Shown here: positions 1-9,096 of the stretch, piece after piece
Numbering within the stretch: the stretch's first letter is position 1
Layout: each line of letters begins with the position of its first letter
Origin: an uncultured delta proteobacterium
Lineage (GTDB): Bacteria; Desulfobacterota; Desulfobacteria; Desulfobacterales; QNYZ01
Direction of reading: 5' to 3'
DNA: 57,138 bases
Assembly: GCA_963845145.1 (NCBI GenBank)
Contig: CAWJQU010000009.1
Span: 1-57,138 of the forward strand
Translations under genes and position numbers: made by a program
Notes under the pieces: model-generated
The model's input: the letters and a program-made list of their open reading frames with translations, nothing else
What the model was told of the DNA's origin: nothing
Database searches by the model: none

Positions 1-1164
1 GATCAAGTTCGAGCATATTGATCTGAATACTGACAGTACGTTCTATCGCCTCAATTTTCATAAAGATCCGCGCAGCACTATAGATCGCTATACCGGTGCC
101 CTTCAATTGGAGGGCAGTTACAAGAAGGGCATCGCAGCTTTCAATGGGGTGCTGCGGGTCGAAGCCGTTCAGGATGATATCGGTTGGTCGGATAGTGCCG
201 AGGTGTATGAAGCCAACCTGAGCCTGAAACCAACGCCGTTTGTAACTGCGGATTTCGGGAAAAAGGTTTTCAAGTGGGGTAAGGGGTATGCCTGGAATCC
301 GGTGGGGTTTATTGACCGGCCCAAAGATCCCAACAACCCCGAGGAAGCATTGGAAGGATATTCGCTGCTGGCGTTGATTTGATAAAGAGTTTGGACGGAT
401 CTTTACAGACCGTCGCTCTAACGACAGTAGTCTTGCCGGTGTGGAAGGATGTCAATGAAGACTTTGGTGAAGTGAATCATGTAAATCTTGCTGCCAAACT
501 TTATATACTCTACCGGGATACGGACATTGATTTTGTAATTTTCAGCGGCAACAGTCGTTCCACCCGCTATGGAGTCGATTTTTCGAGAAATCTGGCCGAA
601 AATTTTGAAATCCATGGTGAATTCGCTTATCTTACCAATCTTAAGCAAAATTATCTTTCTGAAACCAGAACATTAACCCAAAAAGAGCACTCCGCAAACA
701 GATACCTGCTGGGTCTGCGCTACCTCACCGAAAGCGATATTACCACAATCATTGAATATTATCACAACGGCGCCGGTTTTTCAAAATCGGAACTGGAGCG
801 TTTTTATCGACTGGTTGCCGATGCAAATACCCAATTGCTTAACACCGGGGTAGATACGCTATTTCAGAACGCCAAAAATATATCCACTATGGGATATGGC
901 AGCCCCCAGGTAGGCCGCAATTATCTGTACCTGAAAATCAATCAGAAAGATCCATTCGATATCCTCTATTTCACGCCGGGCGTGATCGCCATTGTGAACC
1001 TTGACGACCAGAGCTATTCCATTAGCCCCGAAATGCTGTATACGGGTTTTACCAACTGGGAAATCCGGTTGCGTTATACTTTTTTAGGCGGTGATGATTT
1101 TACCGAATTCGAGGAAAAACAAAACGAAAATAAGCTCGAATTCCGTGTACGGTATTATTTTTAA
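1..1164 (+). CDS. Outer-membrane beta-barrel-like hypothetical protein, 5'-truncated by window edge, with an apparent 1-nt frameshift at ~360
   Basis: Frame 2 is open from position 2 to 382 (..WGKGYAWNPVGFIDRPKDP..EEALEGY). It continues in frame 1 as FAAGVDLIKSLDG.. to 1164. Adding one T at GGATATTCGCT joins the two. C-terminus ends in aromatic residues (RVRYYF), typical of outer-membrane barrels. Confidence 0.65.
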
Positions 1165-1457
1165 AGCTGGCACACATCTCTACGGCATTGGTCAAGAATG
1201 CGCGAAGAAATGTTGTCTCGGTTTGGATAATTATGGCGATAAAGACGATTAAACGGGGTTACGTTTATTTATCCTATTCATGAGTTTATGGCCATTGCTC
1301 TGAATGTCACCATACCAAATATAAGCATCACTTGCACATCAAGATGTAGTGGTTGACGGACTGTGGCGAAAATCTGCGATTACTTTTAGACATCGCAGGT
1401 CAATATCTTCATCAAAAACCTGGCACTATCTCCAACCTGTACGACATAAAATGATAA

Positions 1458-1493
1458 TTGACTGAAAGTTTGATAAGGTTCATTATCTACCTG
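1458..1493 (+). promoter_or_regulatory. Putative sigma70 promoter of the recombinase pair, overlapped by a dif-like 11-6-11 site
   Basis: TTGACT(1458)-17 nt-CATTAT(1481). Overlapping site AAGTTTGATAA-GGTTCA-TTATCTACCTG (1466-1493). Strong AAGGAGG RBS just before 1522/1525. Confidence 0.45.
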
Positions 1494-1521
1494 TTTTTTC
1501 TGCAAAAAGAAAAAGGAGGTT

Positions 1522-2595
1522 GTGATGAATCTCGAACATGTGTTTGCAGGAAAAAGCACGTACAGCCCCACCACGTTACGGCCCAAGCCGATTCAACTGT
1601 CACTTTTTCCTAAAAAAGCGCTTCGCCCTGACTATTGTGTATCCATTGAGCAGATCGAACGTATCATGGATAAAATGTCTGCTAACGGATTGTGTGGCAA
1701 AAAAAACGTACGCGCTTATCTTCGTCGGCAATTGCGCCACAACTGCCGGCCCAATACCATTCGTGGTAGCGGCACCACAATTCTATTATTTTTAAACTTT
1801 TTAAAACGAGGTGGTTGCCAGCATTTAGAGACGATTGGCCCCGGCCATATCAGTGCATTTGTTGAACATGAACAAGATCGTGGTATGGCGCCCATATCTA
1901 TCGATGGGCGGCTAAAGGGATTATATGCGTTTTTGAACTTTTTGGTTGAGCATGATGTTATCAGCGCCGACGTGATCAAACGTAAGCTTCGCATCAAAGT
2001 ACCTGATGCCCTGCCGCGAGCGATTGATCCTGAGGATATCCAACTTCTGTTGGCTGCGATTAAAAAAAATCGTGACCGGGCGTTGATATTGACACTCCTT
2101 CGAACCGGCATGCGTATCGGCGAGCTTTTGAGCACCAGGGTAGAGGATCTCAATCTGCGGGAGCAATGGGTTCAGATCATCGAAGCACATAAGAATCGGG
2201 TGGGCCGTGTGGTCTATCTTAGCGCTGATGCTGTGGTTGCCTTAAAAAGATGGCTGAAGGCAAGAAAGTATCAGAGCCAATTTATCTTTTACGGCCAGGA
2301 GGCAGGACCACTTTGTTACGAAGCTGCTCGTGCGGTGTTCAAAAGCAATATAGACAAGGCCGGCCTTTCGCATAAGGGCTACACACTTCACTGCCTTCGT
2401 CACACATACGCCAGTGAACTGTTAAATGCCGGTATGCCGCTGCAGTGCTTGCAGGAGCTCTTGGGTCACAAAAGCGTTGAGATGACACGTCGATATGCAC
2501 GGCTGACTGACAGCACCCGTCGAGAAGCTTATTACCAAGCCATGACTATCATTGAAGCAGGAGAGATCAATGGGCATTACCGATTCGATTATTAA
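1522..2595 (+). CDS. Tyrosine recombinase/integrase (XerC/D-like), first of pair
   Basis: N-terminal core-binding region (RPNTIRG). Catalytic motifs TGMRIGE, HKNR, HCLRH and LLGH..MTRRY are all intact. AAGGAGG RBS. Confidence 0.95.
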   Translation: MMNLEHVFAGKSTYSPTTLRPKPIQLSLFPKKALRPDYCVSIEQIERIMDKMSANGLCGKKNVRAYLRRQLRHNCRPNTIRGSGTTILLFLNFLKRGGCQHLETIGPGHISAFVEHEQDRGMAPISIDGRLKGLYAFLNFLVEHDVISADVIKRKLRIKVPDALPRAIDPEDIQLLLAAIKKNRDRALILTLLRTGMRIGELLSTRVEDLNLREQWVQIIEAHKNRVGRVVYLSADAVVALKRWLKARKYQSQFIFYGQEAGPLCYEAARAVFKSNIDKAGLSHKGYTLHCLRHTYASELLNAGMPLQCLQELLGHKSVEMTRRYARLTDSTRREAYYQAMTIIEAGEINGHYRFDY

Positions 2596-3490
2596 CTATC
2601 GTAGGTCGTTAAAAAGACGTAACTACTCAAAATACACTATCCGCAACTATATGAGTACCCTGAGGCAATTTGTGATTTGGTTGGATGTACCCATCGAAGC
2701 GGTGAGTCACAAAAAGCTGGTTGGCTTTATCGATCATCTGCTGAGAAGGCGCCTACAACCCAAAACCATCAACTGTTACCTGGACAGCATCCGTGGCTTC
2801 TATGATTATCTGATTTATGATGAACAACAACAGATGCAAAACCCGGTAAAATCAGGAGATGCCTTGCGCATGTCCAAACCGTTGCCGCGATTTTTGTGGG
2901 ATGAACAGGTTCGCGCCCTGTTTGCACAGATTGATGATCCAAGGGATTTGGCCATCTTTAAACTGATGCTGCGCTGTGGATTACGGGTTGAAGAGGTCGC
3001 TAAGCTGACTCTGGCAGCTTTGGACTTCAAACGCGGACAAGTGTTTGTCTACCATGGCAAGGGCGCCAAAGAACGGGTGGTCTACTTGAGCAAAGACGCC
3101 TATCAAGCGCTGCTGGCCTATCAGAAAGTAAGGCCCTGTTCACGGTCCAAAAGGCTCTTTCTGGCCAACAAGGGCCGCTTTAGAGGCCAACCGCTGAACG
3201 TTCGGGGTATCCAGTACCGTATGAGATACTACTCGAAAAAAGCCGGCTTTAAAGTCACCTGCCACCAGCTGCGGCACACCATGGCAACCCAGATGCTCAA
3301 CGCCGATGCTGATTTGGTGACTATCCAGGATCTTTTGGGCCATACCTACATCAGAACAACCGAGCGTTATTGTCGAGTGTCCAACCAGAAAGTGCGAAGG
3401 GATTACTACCGTGCAATCAACAAAGTTGTCGAGCGTCACAACCCGACCAGCAAGAAAACGCTTGACAAAGAAGAGATTATGATAAATTAA
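2570..3490 (+). CDS. Tyrosine recombinase/integrase (XerC/D-like), second of pair
   Basis: RNYSKYTIRNY, CGLRVEE, GKGAKER, HQLRH and LLGH..TTERY. ATG at 2570 follows AGGAG and overlaps the upstream gene by 26 nt. Confidence 0.95.
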   Translation: MGITDSIINYRRSLKRRNYSKYTIRNYMSTLRQFVIWLDVPIEAVSHKKLVGFIDHLLRRRLQPKTINCYLDSIRGFYDYLIYDEQQQMQNPVKSGDALRMSKPLPRFLWDEQVRALFAQIDDPRDLAIFKLMLRCGLRVEEVAKLTLAALDFKRGQVFVYHGKGAKERVVYLSKDAYQALLAYQKVRPCSRSKRLFLANKGRFRGQPLNVRGIQYRMRYYSKKAGFKVTCHQLRHTMATQMLNADADLVTIQDLLGHTYIRTTERYCRVSNQKVRRDYYRAINKVVERHNPTSKKTLDKEEIMIN

Positions 3491-3836
3491 TATCGTTGTT
3501 AACTATTTTATTTTAAAAGAAAAAACAGATTTTATGTCGTACAGCTCCAACTCATCCCCACCAGACCACTATTCCGAATTGAGTAAAAACTAAAGCTGGT
3601 TGAAGGTGGTGATAACATCATTGGGCAAGGTTGTGCCGCGATGGTGATGTAACATGGATCTCTTAAAAATGGTGCCCTTCAAAATCTTGCTCTCCAACAA
3701 TGTTGTAAATATCATGGACCTGAAAATATGCTGATGTGCTAAAATAATCAAAATAGGCTAAACAGTGATAAATTAACGGGTCTGGAAAGGAGCTGGTCGG
3801 CACCAATTATTAGTCCAAAAAACCAGCAAAACAGAG

Positions 3837-3868
3837 CCTGTCGAGACCGCTTCATCGTCTCGGACAGG
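3837..3868. terminator. Stem-loop, possible terminator
   Basis: CCTGTC-GAGAC / GTCTC-G-GACAGG inverted repeat followed by TTTATT. Confidence 0.4.
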
Positions 3869-3980
3869 TTTATTGTGTTTACTCAATTAGGCTACTGAAA
3901 TTTCTGATTTCAAATGCCATTTTTCTTATTTTACGTGCCGCGTTACAGCGAGAAGCTATAAATATTGGCTCATATGTGCC

Positions 3981-4014
3981 AAAAACGAAGAGGCTGCCAA
4001 ATTGGCAACCTCTT
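3981..4014 (-). terminator. Rho-independent terminator downstream of tRNA-Ala
   Basis: On the minus strand, AAGAGGTTGCCAA-T-TTGGCAGCCTCTT followed by CGTTTTT. Confidence 0.7.
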
Positions 4015-4022
4015 GATATTAT

Positions 4023-4098
4023 TGGTGGAGATGAAGGGATTCGAACCCTCGACCTCAGCGTTGCGAACGCTGCGCTCTCCCAACTGAGCTACATCCCC
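4023..4098 (-). tRNA. tRNA-Ala(CGC)
   Basis: Reverse complement GGGGATGTAGCTCAGTTGGGAGAGCGCAGCGTTCGCAACGCTGAGGTCGAGGGTTCGAATCCCTTCATCTCCACCA. Cloverleaf, G3:U70 pair, encoded CCA. Confidence 0.97.
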
Positions 4099-4298
4099 AA
4101 TCCTCGTAACGATAAGTCGCTCCGGCATATACCAAACCCTATGATTTCGGTCAATAGCCGAATCAAAAGAAGGTCTTCATCCGCTCCATCAAAAGCCAAA
4201 TTATCGATTGCAATAATAAATTCATCCACGCGGACTTTCCTTTTTTTGGATATATGGTTACATTGAATTATAGCTTTGGAATAAAAGATGGAGGTTCA

Positions 4299-6041
4299 AT
4301 GAATACACCGTTCAGTTTAAACGACGCCTACAAAGGGTTTACCGCTGATCAGGACAAAATTATTCCACCTCAGGAAACGGTACGGGAACTAAAAAGCCGA
4401 CTTGAACGGATTGATTTGGATATCCTGGACGCCACGGAACGAATCGATAACGGCCGGTTGGGTATTCCTGTTTATTTCAGCCGTTGCGGCCGTGATGCCG
4501 CCGCCCTGACGGGTACAAAAAAACAGATGGGGAAAGGTGCGACACCGGAACAGGCCGAAGCAAGTGCGGTTATGGAGTTGGCCGAGCGGTTCAGTTTCTT
4601 CAGTTTCAATCACAACCCGGATAATTTTATCGTCGATACCCACGCCAACCTGAGAGACCGGGCTCTACCATTGGAGATGGTCGCCCGATCGGTTCACGAC
4701 GTATCTGATGATGTAGACGTGGCTTTAGAAATATACGCTGATTTGCCCATGCGCTGGACCCAAGGATACAACTTAACAGATCAGAAACCGGTCCTCATTC
4801 CATTTGACTGGTTTTTTGCCATCAATGAGTTTAATGGCCCTTCGGCAGGTAATTGTAAAGAGGAGGCAATTGTACAGGGCGTTTGCGAAATCATGGAACG
4901 GCATGTCTCCTCCATTGTGAGCCGTGACCATGTGCCGTGCCCTATTATTGATCCCGATTCGGCCACCGATCCGGCTGTCAAAGCGATGGTGGCCAAATAC
5001 CGGCAGACAGGAATCGAATTTTACCTGTCCAATTTCACCCTCGACACCGGAATCCCCACGGTTGGCATGCTTGCATACGACCCGCAAACGCACCCCCAAC
5101 TGAGCGAAATTGTCTGGACGGCCGGCACCACCCCCGATCCTCAGAAGGCACTGAGCCGGGCCTTGACCGAGGTGGCCCAACTGGCCGGCGACTTCAACAG
5201 TGCCAGCAACTATGTGGCCTCCGGACTCCCCAAGTTTACCCAACTTCGCGATGCGGAATATATCACTCGCACGACCGATACCGTCTCCATCTTCGACTTG
5301 CCCGATTTATCCAATGACAATATCCGCATTGAGATCGAGAATCTGCTCGACACATTGTCCCAAAGGGACATGAACGTGTTGTTGATAGATACCATGCACG
5401 CCCAACTCCAGGTTCCCGCGTTTTATACGATTGTCCCCGGCGCCCATTTTCGCGAACGAGCCACGGGCACCAGTGTGGGCATGTTTACCGCAAAACTGAT
5501 TACCCAGCGCTTTTCCCCCGACCAGGCCATCCAGAGGCTTGAAGAGATCGCCCGTCTCATGCCACATAGGTATTACCTCTCCTTCTACCAGGGCTCAGCC
5601 CACCTGTCTCGCCAAGATGCCGCCGCCGCCCTGCCCTGTTTTAAAAACGCGCTGGCGCAATCGCCCACGGATGAAGACATACCCAGCATATACGCTTATA
5701 TGGGCATGTGCCTGAAAGATATGGAGAGATATGACGAAGCCTTGTCAATGCTTCGCAAGGGACGAAACCTCGATGCGGAACGAACCGAAATCCACAACCT
5801 CATGGGTTTTTGTCATTTCAAATTAAAAAACCATGAAGCGGCCATTGATTGTTTCAACCAGGTCTTGGCGCTGAATCCGGGATCGGCCATCGATTATGCC
5901 AATATTGCGTCAAACTACCGGGAGATGGGTGACATTGACAAAGCGGTGGAGTACTACGAAACAGCGCTTACTTTGGACCCTTCCATCACCTTTGCGCAAG
6001 ATAATCTGGCCAAACTCGGCCGAAAAACGCCGAAAATCTGA
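4299..6041 (+). CDS. YcaO-like protein with C-terminal TPR repeats
   Basis: GKGATPEQAEASAVMELAER and NGPSAGN..EEAIVQGVCEIMERH are YcaO ATP-binding motifs. The last ~150 aa are TPR-like. GGAGG RBS before ATG 4299. Confidence 0.9.
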   Translation: MNTPFSLNDAYKGFTADQDKIIPPQETVRELKSRLERIDLDILDATERIDNGRLGIPVYFSRCGRDAAALTGTKKQMGKGATPEQAEASAVMELAERFSFFSFNHNPDNFIVDTHANLRDRALPLEMVARSVHDVSDDVDVALEIYADLPMRWTQGYNLTDQKPVLIPFDWFFAINEFNGPSAGNCKEEAIVQGVCEIMERHVSSIVSRDHVPCPIIDPDSATDPAVKAMVAKYRQTGIEFYLSNFTLDTGIPTVGMLAYDPQTHPQLSEIVWTAGTTPDPQKALSRALTEVAQLAGDFNSASNYVASGLPKFTQLRDAEYITRTTDTVSIFDLPDLSNDNIRIEIENLLDTLSQRDMNVLLIDTMHAQLQVPAFYTIVPGAHFRERATGTSVGMFTAKLITQRFSPDQAIQRLEEIARLMPHRYYLSFYQGSAHLSRQDAAAALPCFKNALAQSPTDEDIPSIYAYMGMCLKDMERYDEALSMLRKGRNLDAERTEIHNLMGFCHFKLKNHEAAIDCFNQVLALNPGSAIDYANIASNYREMGDIDKAVEYYETALTLDPSITFAQDNLAKLGRKTPKI

Positions 6042-6062
6042 TCGCTAGATATTGTAAACTTT

Positions 6063-6854
6063 TTAAGCCGGGACGGTTCTTTCCACCAACTCCTCGGCCA
6101 GATCAGAATAATCTCTCGTACCGTAGGCGCCGGCACGATAAAATACAACGGGTTTTCCCACCACGGCACTATCGGCAATGGTCGTATTCGTCCGAATCAA
6201 CGTCTTGAAAAGCAGATTCCGCGTTTGCTCATCTTCGTTCAACTTTTCTAGGATCAGATTGCTGACCCGTGTACGTAGATCCACAAAAGTGGCTACGATT
6301 CCGGTAATGGTGAGCTCCGGATTGATCTGGCTCTTAACGGCATCGATCGTGTCAATCAACTCGGTCAGGGCGGTCAGGGCAAAAGGGTGCGTCTGGCAGG
6401 GAATAATGACTTCCCGCGCATAAGCCAGAACATTGACCGTCAACAGGGATAGACTGGGAGGCGTATCCACCAGGATAAAATCATAATCGCCATTAATGGC
6501 TTCCATTCCTCTTTTCAGGCTGTTTTCTCTTCCGTCGCGCTCTACGAGTTCAACCTCGGCCCCGGACAAGTCCACATGGGCGGGTATCAGGTCGAGCCCT
6601 GTCCAGGGCGTGGGGCGCAATACATTGGCAGCATTCACATGTTGAGGATCGCTGATCAGATGATATACGGAAAGCTTATCATCGGGTTCAAACCCGAGTC
6701 CGCGGGTAGCATTGGCCTGGGGATCCATATCGACTACCAAAACGGCTTTATTCAGACGGGAGAGTGCTGCGGCCAGGTTGATGACGGTAACGGTTTTTCC
6801 CACCCCACCCTTTTCATTGGCAACCGCGATGATTCTAGTTTGCTTTACATCCAT
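6063..6854 (-). CDS. ParA/Soj-family ATPase (no parB in window)
   Basis: Deviant Walker A KGGVGKT, DMDPQANAT, DTPPSL. Confidence 0.93.
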   Translation of the reverse strand: MDVKQTRIIAVANEKGGVGKTVTVINLAAALSRLNKAVLVVDMDPQANATRGLGFEPDDKLSVYHLISDPQHVNAANVLRPTPWTGLDLIPAHVDLSGAEVELVERDGRENSLKRGMEAINGDYDFILVDTPPSLSLLTVNVLAYAREVIIPCQTHPFALTALTELIDTIDAVKSQINPELTITGIVATFVDLRTRVSNLILEKLNEDEQTRNLLFKTLIRTNTTIADSAVVGKPVVFYRAGAYGTRDYSDLAEELVERTVPA

Positions 6855-9096
6855 CGTGTGATCCTCCTGTTAATTGAGACGTTAATGTGTCGATTCGTGC
6901 AATGATTTTAGCGGATTTTTCGGTCAACTCATCCAGAGACCGGTCTATTTCCCGTTTATCCGATTGATGGGTATTCATCAGGTTCGAAATATTGGAAAGA
7001 TCCGCCTGATGTGCCGTATAGTACTCCATGAGCCCCTCATGACTGATATCGGCATACCCTTTAATAAGCTTGAACAAATACTGAAATTTAATCCCTTCCT
7101 GATAATCCTGAAAATGGGCCTTGATGGACCGCTCGGTTTCGCGTTTAATGCGACGCATGCCATCCTTTACGGCCTTACGGCTTTCGGCATGTTCCGGCTC
7201 AGCCGGCTTTTTAAATACCCTACGAAAAAATCGTGCTAACGAGTAGACGCCATATCGTAGAAACGCATCACTTTTAATCCGGCCGGAATAGCGCATGGTG
7301 GCCGCCGCCGAAGGCACAGTTAGGCTGGATCCCGACTTGACGGCATTCAAGTTGTGCCGGACCAGCCCTTCCTTGCGTGTGACGACCGGCTCGAGCCCCT
7401 GATCTTTTAGCGTGGTGTTGTAAGCGGCCAGGGCATCTCGAACCATGGCTTCAAACGGTTGGGTAATGTGATCAAACGCATCCAACACTTTTTTTTCACT
7501 TTGATTGACAAACTGCATAATTTCAGGGTTGATGGTTGTGGTCATAAAGCGGTCCACCGCATTTTTAAACTGCTGAAAGAGATTATATAGTGCAGTTGCA
7601 AACCCCACGGATTCGATCTCCTCTTCAATGAAACCCGACTCCGGCCGAAACTCGCGAATAAAAGATATCAAACGCCGAAGCAGTTCTCCTGATACCGGGT
7701 CAAAAAAACGATCCGTGTCGCGACGAATATCTTTCTGGATCTTGCCTACGGCCCCGTCTAAAGTGCTGCGAATCATGGTACTCAAAACTTCACTTTTCTT
7801 TTTTTCATCGGCGAGCCGTGAAACAATCGTTTTAATTCGATCGGCATCACTATTTAATAAATCCCGATTCACAGTAACCCAATGACGAAACCCCCGGCAT
7901 GACAGATTGATCCGTTCAAGATGATTGCCCAGCAAAAGGGCGTACCTTTCACGGGTCAATTTCTGGTGGAGCATCTCCACAAAGCGGCTGGTTTCATCCT
8001 TTGAAAATGCCGTCAAGGTTTCGTCCCGACGCCATTGCTCAAATCGCGCACGGTCCTTTTCAGAGAGTGTTTCACTGGTTTTTAAAAAGAGGTTATACAG
8101 GGAGGAAAAAGTAAAGATATCCGCCTTGGGACAGATCAGCGTCAACTCTTCCTTCGCTTTTTCCACCAGGACTTGAAGATCTTCAACGTGTTCATGCTCG
8201 CTGAAATCACAATTTAAGACGAAGATGATATTATCCATGATCCCCATCTTTTTGATCATGGATAGAAAGCGGATATCGGCCCGACGCAATCCGGTGCGAG
8301 TGCTGATGACATAAACAATCAGGTTGGTAATCAACAGGTAATCCTGAATCATGGCCAGATGGTGGGGATTGGGCGAATCACTGCCCTGGCAGTCGGCAAG
8401 TTCCATCTGGTCGTTTAAAATATCGGCAGGCAGATTCAGCTGAATATCTTTCAAATAGATTGCCCGGGAATCATCGCCGGAAAAAGTCCGATGTCTCCCG
8501 AAATCATCCTGGGCGTATGTTTGCGTTCGGCTTTCCGAAGAAACGATATCTTTGATACCGTCATATCCTTTGAGATAATAAGCCAGAAGCACGCTGTCCG
8601 CGGTGCGTTGCCCACGATTAATCAGCGCATCTGCGCCCAGCGAGGTCAGTGCCTGATCAAGTTGCCGTCGGTCCGCCTCCCGGCGTAAATCAAATGAGGA
8701 CTCAAGGGGTTTCCATTGATCACTGGGGAACATGGCCGTGGCATTTTGAATTTCCGCATTGATTTCATCCCAGGATTTGAAAAAAAGTCTGGCCGTTGGT
8801 TCCGCACCTTTTCGAATACGCGTGACAATGGCGGTGACCACACCGGCACCTCTTTTCAAAAAGTCACCCTCCAGCAACGAGTTCACAAAAGTGCTTTTAC
8901 CGGACTTGATGGCGCCTATCACCGCCACTCGCAGGGTTTCGCCCTGAATCTTTTCCGTTGTCTTTTGGGTAATCGTCTTGAATTGAGATATGCTGCCATT
9001 TTCCGCCACGGAAAGGCTCTCAGCCTGGGTCAACAACGTTGTCAGAGCGGTATTAATGCTCAACAGCTCATTTTTTAATTTTTCGTAATCATCCAT
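6835..9096 (-). CDS. Bacterial dynamin-like GTPase
   Basis: G1 GAIKSGKS, GVVTAIVT, G3 DCQG, G4-like VLNCD. Long helical C-terminal stalk with an amphipathic segment. 753 aa. Confidence 0.85.
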   Translation of the reverse strand: MDDYEKLKNELLSINTALTTLLTQAESLSVAENGSISQFKTITQKTTEKIQGETLRVAVIGAIKSGKSTFVNSLLEGDFLKRGAGVVTAIVTRIRKGAEPTARLFFKSWDEINAEIQNATAMFPSDQWKPLESSFDLRREADRRQLDQALTSLGADALINRGQRTADSVLLAYYLKGYDGIKDIVSSESRTQTYAQDDFGRHRTFSGDDSRAIYLKDIQLNLPADILNDQMELADCQGSDSPNPHHLAMIQDYLLITNLIVYVISTRTGLRRADIRFLSMIKKMGIMDNIIFVLNCDFSEHEHVEDLQVLVEKAKEELTLICPKADIFTFSSLYNLFLKTSETLSEKDRARFEQWRRDETLTAFSKDETSRFVEMLHQKLTRERYALLLGNHLERINLSCRGFRHWVTVNRDLLNSDADRIKTIVSRLADEKKKSEVLSTMIRSTLDGAVGKIQKDIRRDTDRFFDPVSGELLRRLISFIREFRPESGFIEEEIESVGFATALYNLFQQFKNAVDRFMTTTINPEIMQFVNQSEKKVLDAFDHITQPFEAMVRDALAAYNTTLKDQGLEPVVTRKEGLVRHNLNAVKSGSSLTVPSAAATMRYSGRIKSDAFLRYGVYSLARFFRRVFKKPAEPEHAESRKAVKDGMRRIKRETERSIKAHFQDYQEGIKFQYLFKLIKGYADISHEGLMEYYTAHQADLSNISNLMNTHQSDKREIDRSLDELTEKSAKIIARIDTLTSQLTGGSHDGCKAN

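Larger units (their letters stand above)
1437..3544 (+). mobile_element. IS-like element encoding two tandem tyrosine recombinases; 16-bp perfect TIRs; 7-bp flanking direct repeat
   Basis: Left end CTGTACGACATAAAAT (1437-1452) is the exact reverse complement of right end ATTTTATGTCGTACAG (3529-3544). CTCCAAC lies immediately outside both ends (1430-1436 and 3545-3551). The interior is filled by two integrase ORFs. Confidence 0.9.

Noticed and set aside
1522..3490. Chromosomal xerC/xerD or an integron integrase
   Set aside because: The pair is enclosed by TIRs and a direct repeat. I saw no IntI-specific insertion and no attC cassette array.
1165..3980. A gene interrupted by the recombinase element
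   Set aside because: Joining the flanks gives frames with multiple stops and only vague fragments (e.g. FSPQSVNHYI on the minus strand). Nothing recognisable.
3976..4266. 96-aa ORF on the plus strand
   Set aside because: It is the antisense of tRNA-Ala, its terminator and promoter.
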